A stretch of 64,000 nucleotides of DNA from Aureliella sp. (GCA_963691875.1 OY829846.1:3008001-3072000); one strand, 5' to 3'. Shown: positions 43,566-54,142, numbered from the stretch's first letter. Numbers and translations: made by a program. Notes: generated by a model from the sequence alone, not told the origin.

Positions 43566-44414
43566 ATGACAATATTGCTGCTGATAATAACCGCCATTGT
43601 AATCGTTGAACCATTTGACGCTCTAGCAAATGAACTCACGTCGCTTTCTCCTGGAACAAATGAAGTTCAGCTCAAACATGACGGTCGACTACGGCGACTG
43701 ATCATTACGACGCCGAAGACGTTTGATGGCCAACGTCTCCATCGAGTCCTATTTTGCTTTCATGGCGCAGGCGGAAAAGCTGACGGTCAAAGTAAAAGGT
43801 GGAGTTCTCACGCAGATAAGCGTGGCCTTATTGTTATCAGCGCCGAAGCGGTGCAACCTCTTGCCAAGTGGAACTTCAAGGACAAATTCCATGATGAAGA
43901 ACATGATGATGTCGGATTCATCTCAAGAGTGGTTGAAGTCTTGATTGCGAACAAGATCGCTGATCCAAGAGCCATTTATGCAACTGGACATTCCAGCGGA
44001 GGTCTTTTTTGTTATCGGCTAGCAAAAGAAACGGCGCTGTTCGCCGCGTTGTCTCCTATGAGTTGCGGGATGGCAAAGGGTGCACATGATCCAACGGAAA
44101 AGACGAAACCAGTTTCGATCATGCAAGTCATTGGAGATCAGGACAAAAGCTTCAACGGCTCGTCCAATCCGAAAGTGACTATGTACTCGGCAACTGAGCG
44201 AATTGATATCTGGCGAACGTTCAATCAGTGCCGCCCCGAATCTGTGGTTCTGAGCAAAGGGGAAGAGGTGGTGGTTTCTACCTATGCCAATCAGTCCGGC
44301 GTTGAAGTGGCCTTCTGCAAAGTGAAAGGCCAAGGGCACCACATCAGAAGAGATCTCAGGGATACTGCGGATTCTCTTGCATTAGATTTCTTACTAAAAC
44401 ACAAGAGAAGGTAG
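43566..44414 (+). CDS. Cassette 18: secreted esterase (PHB depolymerase/LpqC-like)
   Basis: FHGAGG, WN, DDVGFI, GHSSGG nucleophile motif, GDQD, GQGH. Confidence 0.85.
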   Translation: MTILLLIITAIVIVEPFDALANELTSLSPGTNEVQLKHDGRLRRLIITTPKTFDGQRLHRVLFCFHGAGGKADGQSKRWSSHADKRGLIVISAEAVQPLAKWNFKDKFHDEEHDDVGFISRVVEVLIANKIADPRAIYATGHSSGGLFCYRLAKETALFAALSPMSCGMAKGAHDPTEKTKPVSIMQVIGDQDKSFNGSSNPKVTMYSATERIDIWRTFNQCRPESVVLSKGEEVVVSTYANQSGVEVAFCKVKGQGHHIRRDLRDTADSLALDFLLKHKRR

Positions 44415-44436
44415 GAATGTACTGTCCACGTTGAGC

Positions 44437-44526
44437 CAGAAACAGCCTACTGCACCTGCGTCGCCATCGCGTCGAACTTCGATAGCAATGTCACTTGCGG
44501 CGATCGGGTGATCATGAGCGTTATAC
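44437..44526 (+). repeat. attC (partly decayed)
   Basis: CAGAAAC..TGCACC..TCGCC/GGCGA..GGTGA..GTTATAC. Confidence 0.65.
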
Positions 44527-44549
44527 CTCGATCGAGGATTGTCCTCATT

Positions 44550-45020
44550 GTGAAGGAAATCGAGAAACAAAAATGGGCTGTATTGTCCACTGTGTTACTT
44601 GTCACTGCACTGGCGATCGTAATTGGAGCGAGTCAGCTATTGATCGCATATCAACGGATTCCGACCAGCCTAGAATATGACGGTACTAAAGATTTTCGCA
44701 TCGCAAATCGTCGCGTAACGCTTGAAACACGTTCCGTTTCCCTCGGCAATGGGGATAACGGTGACGCAGAAATAATTGTGTCATCTGGCCGAAACGTTAC
44801 TTAACTGTCGTCGACATTTAGCGATGACATGTGGACGTTCGTCAGGCCAGCATACATTTCCTGGGAGGACGTTGACAATCATCCTGTGAGAGACCTTTTG
44901 ATCTGGAAGCCAACGGTCTCAAAGCATGGCCAATTAAATGCAAAGGAGTATATATCTAGCGAAGATGGAGAATTGCACATGCTTCAAGTGCCACTCGAAA
45001 GGCCAATTCCGGGGCACTGA
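44550..45020 (+). pseudogene. Cassette 19: hypothetical protein with in-frame stop
   Basis: ORFs 44508-44804 and 44829-45020 share a frame, separated by TAA at 44802-44804. Confidence 0.6.
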
Positions 45021-45025
45021 CGGAT

Positions 45026-45115
45026 GGATAGCACGCGATGCCCGCGCAGCCGCCGATGGCGTGTGTTGTGAACGGAACGATCAATCCGGCGGCCCGTTTC
45101 TGCTAAACGTTATTT
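45026..45115 (+). repeat. Degenerate attC
   Basis: GGATAGC..GCCGCCG/CGGCGGC..GTTATTT. Confidence 0.65.
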
Positions 45116-45145
45116 GAATACCCAATATCATTTAAAGGACAACCG

Positions 45146-45519
45146 ATGTTAAACGTTGAACTAAATGAAGTCGAAGGCATTGCCGTTCTGAAACCAGACG
45201 GCGAGTTATCAAAACATGATTTCATTTCCGTAGCAAAGGAACTTGATCCATATTTTGAGAGCAATGGCGAACACAAAAAGGCATCATAATTCATGTGGAA
45301 TCGTTCCCCGGATGGGATTCCTTTTTAGCACTAGTCGCGCATTTAAAGTTTGTTAGAGAGCACCACAAGAAAGTATCTCGAATTGCCTTTGCAACAGATT
45401 CACCAATAGGAACGCTTGCCGAGCATGTTGCAAGTCACTTCGTCAACGCAGAAATCAAAAACTTAAAATTCAGTGAGTTAGAATCCTCTAGAAAATGGGT
45501 ATTAGATGGTGGTATCTGA
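45146..45519 (+). pseudogene. Cassette 20: frameshifted STAS/SEC14 (SpoIIAA-like) protein
   Basis: MLNVEL..LKPDGELSKHDF..LDPYFE then a frameshift at the A-run ~45274-45279 into GIIIHVESFPGWDSF..HLKFVREHHKKVSRIA. Confidence 0.8.
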
Positions 45520-45525
45520 TAGCCC

Positions 45526-45596
45526 ACATAACAAATGAATGCATCTCTACCATCGAAAGGCCGCGTTTTTATGGCTGCTGATGCGGGGCGTTACGC
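45526..45596 (+). repeat. Short attC (71 bp)
   Basis: ACATAAC..GCATC/GATGC..GTTACGC. Confidence 0.65.
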
Positions 45597-45614
45597 GGTA
45601 AGGTCGATGCCACA

Positions 45615-45730
45615 ATGAAAGAACCAATTCGACCTCACCCGAAAAACGTTGATGGTCCGCTCTACGTCGAATACGGTTGCTGCTCCGACTGTGACTCACC
45701 ATTGCAGGAGGCCCCAAGCGACTTCTCCTG
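45615..45730 (+). pseudogene. Truncated ferredoxin-like cassette gene
   Basis: PHPKNVDGPLYVEYGCCSDCDSPLQEAP resembles a single-cluster ferredoxin N-terminus; similarity is lost afterwards. Confidence 0.55.
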
Positions 45731-46549
45731 CTTTTGTCTGAAGCTTCCGAGTGTAGCTCCCAGCTCACGTATCAACGCATTCCGCGGACCCCTCGTATTT
45801 TTTCGCTCAAGTCAATTGATTCGCTTCATTCAATCGATCCGCTACAGCCTCAAGCATACTGTTCAAAATCTATTCAACTGAACTGCGTACAACCTCGTCT
45901 ACATGACCTCGAAGCTGATTCTCATCGATCTTGATCACGCTGATCCTCATCTATTCCTCTATAAACTGGCCATCGGTGGTTCCTTGTGGTGCTAGGTTTA
46001 GTTCGCAAAACATTCCTAACAGTTCAAGGACCGCCGTTCAAATTTTGTGCGCAAGATTTAAGACGTTACCAGCTCAACCACACATCGCAAACTTGGCATC
46101 CGAGATTTGCTAATTGCGACTTCGGTTGTGGCAGCAGCTGCTGGCCCTAGCGATTTTGATCAAACGAATTCTGGACGATCCCAACCAGTTAGCCAATTCA
46201 CTAGGTCACCAGGCCGCTGAAATCACCTTGATAGTTTGCACGTTTGGATTTCCAGTCGTGGTTTTATCGGTCTGGTATCTGGCCTTACGAAAATCAAATT
46301 CACCGCTCAAAACGTTTTACACTATCGTTGTGTTCCTCTTTGCCGTTCCATCGACACCGGCCGTATATATTGGCGCGAGAGCATGTGCTCGACAAATTGC
46401 AGGACAACAAAAGGATGGACCGAATTGGCTTGAGCTAAGTATGACAGATTTCCGCGGATTGGCTTCGCCAATCTTAATCCGGTACAATCCTGCTTTAAGC
46501 TAATTGGTCGGCTCGATCATTCGCAACACTAGGCAGTAGAGAGGTCGGA

Positions 46550-47185
46550 ATGAAAAAGAACTATCGACGGGCGAAAGAGATTCTCGTTATCGCTGTGCTC
46601 ACCTTGACCGGGTTTGTGGGATGTGTCAATTCATCGAATAGTAATACGAAGCCGGCAGTACGGGACACGATGGCTCAATCGCAGCCGGAATCAGCCAATG
46701 ACTCAACCCCGGCATCCGCTGCGGCTCCGGACATTTCCCTGACTGACGCCGCCGTCGCGGGAGATGTTGAAGCTATCCGACAGCATATCGCGGCGGGCAC
46801 GGACCTGAATGAACGAAATCCAGAAGGTGGCTCGACGGCGCTTATTGCTGCAGCGTCGTTCGGACAAAACGAAGCCGCAAGCTGCCTAATTGAAGCCGGC
46901 GCCGAGCTCGAATTAAAAAACAATGAAGGCTCCACTGCACTTCACACGGCTGCTTTTCTGTGCCGCAAGGAGATCGTCAAAGCACTTCTCGCTAAGGGCG
47001 CCGATCGAAACGCGCGGAATAACTCCGGTTTAACAGCCCTTGATTCTGTGGCTGGGCCTTTTGACGACGTAAAGCCAATTTATGACCTCATACAGGGCAT
47101 TCTCGGTCCTTACGGCTTGGAACTGGATTACGAGTCCATCAAAGAAACGCGCCCAATGATCGCCAAAATTCTACGCGCAGAATAG
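46550..47185 (+). CDS. Ankyrin-repeat lipoprotein (cassette)
   Basis: FVGC lipobox; GSTALIAAA, GSTALHTAA, GLTAL repeats. Confidence 0.9.
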   Translation: MKKNYRRAKEILVIAVLTLTGFVGCVNSSNSNTKPAVRDTMAQSQPESANDSTPASAAAPDISLTDAAVAGDVEAIRQHIAAGTDLNERNPEGGSTALIAAASFGQNEAASCLIEAGAELELKNNEGSTALHTAAFLCRKEIVKALLAKGADRNARNNSGLTALDSVAGPFDDVKPIYDLIQGILGPYGLELDYESIKETRPMIAKILRAE

Positions 47186-47193
47186 CGAAGACT

Positions 47194-47284
47194 GCCAAAC
47201 TATCCGTTGCACACGTAGCCGCGGTCTGGCGGTTTGTTCTTATAAATGTCGTTTGCAGCGGCCCGATGAACGCCGGCTTTATGC
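47194..47284 (+). repeat. Degenerate attC
   Basis: GCCAAAC..GCCGC/GCGGC..TTTATGC (G-to-T in R'). Confidence 0.6.
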
Positions 47285-47328
47285 CACTGCTGCGGATTCC
47301 GACTCCTGCATTTGTACTCAGCAATTCG

Positions 47329-47670
47329 ATGACACAAAAGCCCGTTAACCCATACCATTCCCCACGTAGCGCTCCAAACGCTGGGCATTCGTCGTTCGTC
47401 TTTTTGGTTCTGACGACCGCTTCCATCTTGACTGGCGCGGTGTTGCTCGTACTTGTTTCAGTTATTGGACCGTTTGCCTGGATTCTCCGAGACGGTTTGG
47501 GTCCAGATGCGACTCATAGCAAAGGGCTACAAGCGTTGACTAAAATGTTCTGGACATTCTACTGGGGCCCTTCGAGTATTTTAGCCGCGATAGTATGTTG
47601 GGAATCTTTGATTCTTCGATGTCGCCTGCGTTACTCTGCAAAGAACTTTGACTTCAAACTTATGGAATGA
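47329..47670 (+). CDS. Membrane protein with NPYxSP N-terminal motif (cassette)
   Basis: MTQKPVNPYHSP plus two TM segments. Confidence 0.65.
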   Translation: MTQKPVNPYHSPRSAPNAGHSSFVFLVLTTASILTGAVLLVLVSVIGPFAWILRDGLGPDATHSKGLQALTKMFWTFYWGPSSILAAIVCWESLILRCRLRYSAKNFDFKLME

Positions 47671-47909
47671 GCAAGATGATCTGGTTCTTCGTCATCACAA
47701 GCGTTGTCTTTGCCCTGGTCGGTATATTAATGTTGATAACGCCGCAGCAGATGCTGTTTCTAATGTCCGACGCTAAGAAGCGACGTTTAACGGAAAGACG
47801 CTACTACCCGTCGATCTCGCGCATTGGCGGAGTTCTGATTGTCTTTGTATGCGTGCCCCTGAATCTCATTATCGGTCTACTCTTCGCCGGTTTTCTGACG
47901 ACATTATAA
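47667..47909 (+). CDS. Small two-TM protein
   Basis: ATGA overlap with the previous gene; two hydrophobic segments. Confidence 0.6.
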   Translation: MSKMIWFFVITSVVFALVGILMLITPQQMLFLMSDAKKRRLTERRYYPSISRIGGVLIVFVCVPLNLIIGLLFAGFLTTL

Positions 47910-48013
47910 GGGCACAGGTGTCTGCGAGTAATAGCTTAACGGCCACGAAGTTCGTTGAAGAAGTTGCTTATGATCCCCACTAGGTACTTGATTTGAACTA
48001 GTAGGGAACTTAG

Positions 48014-48104
48014 CATGAACCAAAGATTGCACCTGTATTAGCTTTTCACCTGCTTCAAACATTTACTCCGCTTATCCGCTAACCGGTGAACTCGGTCGTC
48101 ATGA
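48014..48104 (+). repeat. Degenerate attC
   Basis: CATGAAC..TTGCACC/GGTGAA..GTCATGA. Confidence 0.55.
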
Positions 48105-48112
48105 TAAAGAAC

Positions 48113-49516
48113 ATGAAAAGAATTTTGATCGCAGTTTTTTTGCTGTGGGGCATTTACCATTCTGATCTCCAGGCTCAGGCCGTTGAAGCTTCCATCCCGG
48201 TTGAAATCCTACCGTTTGGCGTCAATGGCAAGCGGAATATGCTCTATGACGCCCGTCAGCGCCCCCAATCGGTTTTGTTGCACGGTCGCGTGTATATCGT
48301 TTACAACGGCGATGCCACGCCGACAAAAAACAAGAAGGGTAATGCCTACCCGATGCTGATCACCTATGACCCCCAAGCACGCATGTTCACCGAGCCAGTG
48401 CGAATTGGCCCGAAAAGTAGCGACCACCACTTCAGTCCGATCATCTGGGCCGACGAATCGGATTACCTCCACGTGCTTCATGGCTGTCACAGAACTCCCG
48501 GCACACATCTCATTTCGGCGGAACCTGTCGTCGGGGGAACATCCAAGCTCAGATGGAAAGAAGCACCCAGAATCGCGCCAAAGCTGTCTTACCAGACGGT
48601 CTTTCCCGTCTACGACGAGAAGGAAGTGATCGCTTACCGCACCGATGGTCACACTAGCTCATGGACCTACCGGATCAGCGACGACAATGGCAAAACCTGG
48701 GTTGGGCCAGAGCAGGATGTGACGGACCTCGACATCAAGGGCCGAACCGACTGGTCATCCTATCGAACTGTGCTGCCGAGTAGGGATGGCAGGTATCTCC
48801 ACATGGTCTACATGGACTACGACGATAACAAAACACAACCAAATCCGGATCGGTTCTTCAATTCGCGTTACGACAAGCGAGTTAGCAATGAGTGGAAGTA
48901 CAACCTTCACTATGTGAAGATTGATCTGGCAACCCACAACGTCACCAATGCTGACGGTGAGGTACTCCAGACGCCAATCGACATCGATTATTCTAGGAAA
49001 GAATGTCTCATTTGGGACACGGAATGGCGAGGCGCGGGAATCCCGCCTGTGATTGCTTTGGATGCGGAAGGTGACCCGACTTTTCTTCATATTCTTTCCG
49101 AAGGCAACCTTAAGACGCATGGCTACTATTACGTCCGCCGTGAAAACGGCGAGTGGTTGCAAACAAGAATCCACCCTTCAAATCACAACTGGAACGGTGG
49201 CTACTTGGTTCATGGCGCCGATGGAGTCATTCACGCTTACCTGATCACTGGAGAAGGGTACCTGGAAGGCGGTTACATGGATGGCCGTGGTGGCGGAAGT
49301 GTTGAGGAGTGGTATTCCAAAGACAATGGAAGGACCTGGAATAAGAGCCGCGACCTGACACCGGATCGAAAACAATATCCCGGCTGGCGTTTCAATCACG
49401 TTCAACCAGTCGTTCATCCTGATGGAACACTTGTAAAGGGCATGCTCCTCTTTTATGGATGGCAAGAGAACGACAACCCTACAGCAACGGCTTTCCTGCT
49501 CGACGAGAAACCATAA
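48113..49516 (+). CDS. Secreted BNR/Asp-box repeat protein (possible carbohydrate-active enzyme; cassette)
   Basis: SDDNGKTW and SKDNGRTW Asp-boxes, DHH..P and HG.H motifs; stop inside R''. Confidence 0.8.
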   Translation: MKRILIAVFLLWGIYHSDLQAQAVEASIPVEILPFGVNGKRNMLYDARQRPQSVLLHGRVYIVYNGDATPTKNKKGNAYPMLITYDPQARMFTEPVRIGPKSSDHHFSPIIWADESDYLHVLHGCHRTPGTHLISAEPVVGGTSKLRWKEAPRIAPKLSYQTVFPVYDEKEVIAYRTDGHTSSWTYRISDDNGKTWVGPEQDVTDLDIKGRTDWSSYRTVLPSRDGRYLHMVYMDYDDNKTQPNPDRFFNSRYDKRVSNEWKYNLHYVKIDLATHNVTNADGEVLQTPIDIDYSRKECLIWDTEWRGAGIPPVIALDAEGDPTFLHILSEGNLKTHGYYYVRRENGEWLQTRIHPSNHNWNGGYLVHGADGVIHAYLITGEGYLEGGYMDGRGGGSVEEWYSKDNGRTWNKSRDLTPDRKQYPGWRFNHVQPVVHPDGTLVKGMLLFYGWQENDNPTATAFLLDEKP

Positions 49517-49601
49517 CAAGGTATTCTCCCGGAGCGGTGGGCCACGTCGGTTTTTCAATTCAAAGTCGTTCGCTGCCGCCTAGTGAACTTGGTCATTATC
49601 A
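49511..49601 (+). repeat. Degenerate attC
   Basis: CCATAAC..GCGGTGG/CTGCCGC..ATTATCA (G-to-A in R'). Confidence 0.6.
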
Positions 49602-49628
49602 CGCTTGACTTTTCAAATTGAAAGTTGC

Positions 49629-50015
49629 ATGAACGCCGCAAACAAACTCAGTTTCACGTTTGCGATGGCACTAAATTTCGCGATCGCGTCGATTTGTCTC
49701 GGCGCGCAAAACGATCAAGCTGAGCTGAAAAGGCTTCGCTATGAGTTGAATCAACTTGAAACGCAGGTTTACGCTCTCGAAACTCAAGACACTCAAATAA
49801 GGAACAAAATACAGGAATTGATCGACGAATCTGCCGGAACGGGCGTTGTTTTATTTCTCTTTGGTGTAGTTTGTGCGTTGTGGGCTCAAAACACCCGGCG
49901 AAACCCATGGCTCTGGTTTTTGCTCGGCGTGTTCTTCAGTATCGTTACCGTCTTAGTCCTGCTTTGCAAAAACTCGCACGACATACACTATAGAAAAGCG
50001 TTGCCAAAATTTTGA
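49629..50015 (+). CDS. Coiled-coil plus two-TM protein (cassette)
   Basis: FGVVCALWAQNTRRNPWLWFLLG motif. Confidence 0.7.
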   Translation: MNAANKLSFTFAMALNFAIASICLGAQNDQAELKRLRYELNQLETQVYALETQDTQIRNKIQELIDESAGTGVVLFLFGVVCALWAQNTRRNPWLWFLLGVFFSIVTVLVLLCKNSHDIHYRKALPKF

Positions 50016-50058
50016 AGCTGCAGTATCGGGACAAATGACAACCTAACCACTCATTTCG

Positions 50059-50142
50059 TGACAACAATGCGTTGCCCTCGGGCTTTGCGGGCTTTTCGCT
50101 TGCAAGTCGTTCGCTGCGTCCCGGTAATCGTTGACGTTATTA
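50059..50142 (+). repeat. attC (last recognisable)
   Basis: TGACAAC..CGGG/CCCG..GTTATTA. Confidence 0.6.
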
Positions 50143-50157
50143 GAGTGGCCCCATCAG

Positions 50158-50835
50158 ATGAATCGATGTCGATCTTCGCTGCAAAACCTGCTGCTGTTTG
50201 TGACCGTCTTCTCTGCATATTTTTCCCTGGCGAATCTTTTCGATGCTTGGGTGTCTACTACATACGATGGGTACTATGTGAATTCGATTCTTGCTCATCA
50301 CATCAAAAATGGTGACTCAATCAACACGATAGCATCTCACTTTTCGTCGTATAGATTGCTGGATGATAATGACAGTCATGATATGAAGAATGTCACCGAC
50401 ATCTGGACGTCAAATCGTAGGAGGATTGAGAAAGAGGATCGACTCTACTACTTTGGAACTTGGGGCGGGGCCGAGAAATATCTACAGTTTCGCGATGATC
50501 GATTGATCAACCTTTCTAACAAAGCCTACCGCGACGAGATTGGAATCGCTAAAAAGAACCCATATCCGTTTCCAACCTGGGTCGTTCGATTCGGTTTTCT
50601 GGCCCTCTATTGCCTACTCGTTTCTGCTGGGAAGATTGCAATTCTTGTAGTCCAGAACTTCAAACGGGACGTCGACCACATAGGGCACGCAAGAGAAAAT
50701 AGAATTTTCAAACACAATGACGTTGCTAGACGCAATGCGGGACGCCGTCTCGTCGTACCGACGGATGATCGACGAGACCATACAACAACTCATTGCCTCC
50801 GAATAATTCGCCCGCGCCGGGCATCAACCTGTTGA
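50158..50835 (+). CDS. Hypothetical membrane protein (terminal cassette; 3' end probably read-through)
   Basis: ORF begins 22 nt after the G of R'; two TM segments; overlaps the DUF1572-like remnant. Confidence 0.5.
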   Translation: MNRCRSSLQNLLLFVTVFSAYFSLANLFDAWVSTTYDGYYVNSILAHHIKNGDSINTIASHFSSYRLLDDNDSHDMKNVTDIWTSNRRRIEKEDRLYYFGTWGGAEKYLQFRDDRLINLSNKAYRDEIGIAKKNPYPFPTWVVRFGFLALYCLLVSAGKIAILVVQNFKRDVDHIGHARENRIFKHNDVARRNAGRRLVVPTDDRRDHTTTHCLRIIRPRRASTC

Positions 50836-50983
50836 CGTCATTTTGCGTGATCTCGGAGGCAACCTGCAGAGCCGATGGACCGACTTCATGACAACAGACG
50901 GCGAAAAACCAGATCGTGATACGGAATTTCTGGATTGGGATGGCGATCGCAACTCGCTGATTCAACACGTTAACTCCGGCTGA
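50717..50983 (+). pseudogene. DUF1572 (DinB-like) remnant
   Basis: Manual translation ..VILRDLGGNLQSRWTDFMTTDGEKPDRDTEF.. with internal TAA at 50804 and a premature TGA. Confidence 0.7.
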
Positions 50984-51559
50984 GGCGCACTTGCGAATGG
51001 ATTTAGCGTCTTGGCAAGCAGGTAGTGGGGATTTCACTCAGCCCCTACAGAAGCGGTTGACTATGGGATATTTGATGGAGTCCTCTTGCTCTGTGTCGAG
51101 TGTGATCCCTCTGGGGCTGTAGCCAGGGAACCACTGCTTTACGAGTGCAGTCGAGTGCTTTTCACTTACGAAATGGACTACGATAAATCGGGATGGTGAA
51201 CGGTATCGAACTGGCAGTCTATTGCTGCTTTTCGTTCGGACATGAAAGAACCTCCCCAGTCCTGATAGGCCCCCTCCGCAAGCAGAGGGTGACTAAGAGT
51301 GGGCGTAGCTTGAAGAAGAGAACCGACGACCAGATCTTGCACGAGCAGAGGGTGTTGTTTGAAAAAGGCTCAGAAAAACACTCCCGATTTGAACTTCTTG
51401 TGAAACGTGGTCAACATCGCCGAGATACCTTCGGGGCCTCTGTTTCGTCACGCTTGGACAAGCGGCAAGAGGGGTAAATTTTGCACTTCGCGAATTCCAA
51501 CCCACCTGATAAAAATAGAATGACCTAGAGATTTTGTCTTCAGCGAGATTTTAGCCAGC

Positions 51560-52087
51560 ATGCCGACACGTCGACGAGCCCGTGAGATTGTTCTTCAGCT
51601 ACTTTACGAAGACGATTTGAACCCAGAACAGGATACCGCGGTCGCAAAACAGTTCCTCGCCGATCGGCTGCACAATAACCGAGTTCTAATCGCCTTCGCT
51701 CGCGAACTTTGGGAAAGCGTAATTAAGAATCGCTCGGAAATCGATAAGGCGCTTTCTGCCAAAGCACAGAATTGGTCATTGCGTCGGATGGCTGCGATCG
51801 ACCGCAACGTCCTGCGTCTCGGCGCGTTCGAAATTCTCCACACCGATACGCCTGGTCGTGTCGTGATCAATGAAGCTGTTGAGCTGGCGAAACGCTATGG
51901 AAACCAGCAGTCTGGGCAGTTTGTCAATGGGATCCTCGACCGCATCCTGCATGATGACGATTCGCCCGGGGAGGGCGAGTCAGAAGAGGAAGCGGCTCAA
52001 TTGCCAGATTCGGTTACTGAGTCCGATGGCGACTCAGGAAATTCTCTGAGTTCAGACGAGACTGTTGGGCAAGCTGGAACCTCCTAA
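51560..52087 (+). CDS. nusB: Transcription antitermination factor NusB
   Basis: RRRARE..LQLLY, IDRNVLRLG..E, INEAVELAKRYG, FVNGILD. Confidence 0.95.
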   Translation: MPTRRRAREIVLQLLYEDDLNPEQDTAVAKQFLADRLHNNRVLIAFARELWESVIKNRSEIDKALSAKAQNWSLRRMAAIDRNVLRLGAFEILHTDTPGRVVINEAVELAKRYGNQQSGQFVNGILDRILHDDDSPGEGESEEEAAQLPDSVTESDGDSGNSLSSDETVGQAGTS

Positions 52088-52123
52088 GCTAGCCATTAGA
52101 ACAGCTACGGCAAGGATGTTGGC

Positions 52124-52978
52124 ATGGCGGAAACGGAACCTGATCCACCAGAACCGGGTGCAATGGAAGGCGAGCCTGCGCCGGAATCAGACGACGCCTC
52201 AAAGGAGGAAGAGGGTGCCGAACAGCTAGAGGAAGACCTCGACCTATTCGCACAGTTGCATGCTGCAGAAGATAGTGAAGGTTCCGATCTCGGTGAGGGA
52301 CTATCGCTCGAAGAGCTGAGTCAGTCCTATGCAAGTGCCATTTCGCAAGACGCCGAAGCTCAAGAAGAGCAGGAGCTGGATCCCCTCGAGAACCGGCAGC
52401 AGGAGCCCGCCGCAAACAGCTACTCTGAAGGTGAATCGGAATCAGAGGTCCCAACGAGCCCACGTTCCATCATTGAGTCCGTGCTCTTTGTCGGCCGGCC
52501 AGACTCAAGCCGAATCACCGCAGCGGAATTAGCAAAGCTGATGCGGGGCGTTTCCGAGGATGATGTCCGCAAGTCGATTCGCGAGCTGAACGATATCTAT
52601 GAGCAAAGTGAAAGAGCTATCTGTATTGCAGAGCATTCGGATGGGTATCAGTTTGGTTTGCGTGAAGACATGGAGTACGTGCGAGATGGCTTCTATGGGC
52701 CAACACGCGAAATCTCATTAAACCAAGATGCAATTGATTGTCTTGCGCTCGTGGCCTATCAGCCTGGAATTTCGCGGAACAAGATCGACGAGCAACGCAG
52801 CCAACCGAGTGGTGGCATTTTGAATCAGCTTGTCAGGCGATCGCTGATCGAAATACGTCGTGAAGTCGAGGGCAAGAAGAAAGTTGCGCGTTACTTTCCG
52901 ACGCAGAAACTCATTGACTTGACTGGCATGGATTCGCTGGAAGATCTGCCGCAGGTTGAAGACCTGGACGCTGAGTAG
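52124..52978 (+). CDS. scpB: SMC-Scp complex subunit ScpB with acidic N-terminal extension
   Basis: IIESVLFVG, LALVAYQP.ISR..I, MDSLEDLP. Confidence 0.85.
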   Translation: MAETEPDPPEPGAMEGEPAPESDDASKEEEGAEQLEEDLDLFAQLHAAEDSEGSDLGEGLSLEELSQSYASAISQDAEAQEEQELDPLENRQQEPAANSYSEGESESEVPTSPRSIIESVLFVGRPDSSRITAAELAKLMRGVSEDDVRKSIRELNDIYEQSERAICIAEHSDGYQFGLREDMEYVRDGFYGPTREISLNQDAIDCLALVAYQPGISRNKIDEQRSQPSGGILNQLVRRSLIEIRREVEGKKKVARYFPTQKLIDLTGMDSLEDLPQVEDLDAE

Positions 52979-52999
52979 CCTCATGCAGGCCTAGCAAGC

Positions 53000-53482
53000 C
53001 TACTCATCGTCCGAGGACTCCTCTTGACTTGCTGGTCTCCTGGGCGCTTTGCTTTCCTGCTCAGCCTCCGTCGATAGATTCTCGTCGGCAGCCGGTTCAT
53101 CCTCAGCTGGCTCGAGCTTTTGCAATAACTTTCGAACCTCATTGCAGAGCTCGGTAATTCTAGGATCCTCATCCGTCTCCGCCTCCTCTAAAGCGGGCAG
53201 TAGTATGTCAAGGAACTCTTCCGGAGGCAGTTCCACGCTTGGTTCCTGGAAGAATTCCCGTAGGTCTTCAATCACTTCAATTCGTTGCTCCGCATTCCCT
53301 TCCCGGGGCACGCTTTCAATCTGAACAACGCCGCTCATGCTAGAGGCTAGAGCGGCAACTGCAGTGGCTGCAGTTACAGGAGCGGTCATGGCCAGCCGAT
53401 TGACAACAAAGCCGCCTACGCCCGCCGAACTAATCAACAATACAGCTACGAGAACGCAGCTGGCGAACACAATTTGGCCCAA
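53000..53482 (-). CDS. Hypothetical acidic membrane-anchored protein
   Basis: 160-aa ORF with hydrophobic N-terminus. Confidence 0.55.
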   Translation of the reverse strand: MGQIVFASCVLVAVLLISSAGVGGFVVNRLAMTAPVTAATAVAALASSMSGVVQIESVPREGNAEQRIEVIEDLREFFQEPSVELPPEEFLDILLPALEEAETDEDPRITELCNEVRKLLQKLEPAEDEPAADENLSTEAEQESKAPRRPASQEESSDDE

Positions 53483-53641
53483 TAATTTTCCCTGACTTTC
53501 AGCCAGAAGGGACCGTCAACAGCCTTTCGCGACAGTCACCAGACCGCAGGCAGTTTTAGACTATTCCCTTTGGCCGAAAATCTCTGAGGATATTCTGGCA
53601 TCGGTGGGGCGGGGCCGAGCGAAGTACTACTGGCTTCGCTT

Positions 53642-54142
53642 CTACAGATACAACTGCCCGTAAAGCAGGCGAGCGCTATAGAGAACAACCAAACCTACGA
53701 TAGCGACCCCAGCAATCAGGACAAACTGAGCGTAGCGCATGTTCTTGCGAGCAATCACCTGGGCGAGAATGCAAATGAAAGCAACCGAGGCGAGTTTGAA
53801 GTACAGCATGCCTTGGAATCCACCTAGGTCGTAAAAATAATTTGCGACAGGATTCGCCTCGATTCCTCCATTCTGTAAAAGGAGGTAGGTCATATAGAAA
53901 TCGAGCACATTGGCTAGAATGAAAAAAGAAGTCTCATTTTGAAGTGGAAGTTCTCGTCGGAAAGCCGAATCAAATAGATCTTTCAACAGCAACCTTACAC
54001 GCTGTTCTATCGGTAGCTTACGACGTTCCTCGGGGCTCAGCTGGGCAGGCTTGTAGAACTGCTCCTCATCTGCCCGCGTAGAGGCGGGGTCGGACGCTGT
54101 TGAATAAGGGCGTTCGTCGGGTGGCGGTGAGTTGGCATTCAT
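53642..54142 (-). CDS. DUF5658-like membrane protein
   Basis: NVLDFYMTYLLL..EANPVA motif. Confidence 0.75.
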   Translation of the reverse strand: MNANSPPPDERPYSTASDPASTRADEEQFYKPAQLSPEERRKLPIEQRVRLLLKDLFDSAFRRELPLQNETSFFILANVLDFYMTYLLLQNGGIEANPVANYFYDLGGFQGMLYFKLASVAFICILAQVIARKNMRYAQFVLIAGVAIVGLVVLYSARLLYGQLYL

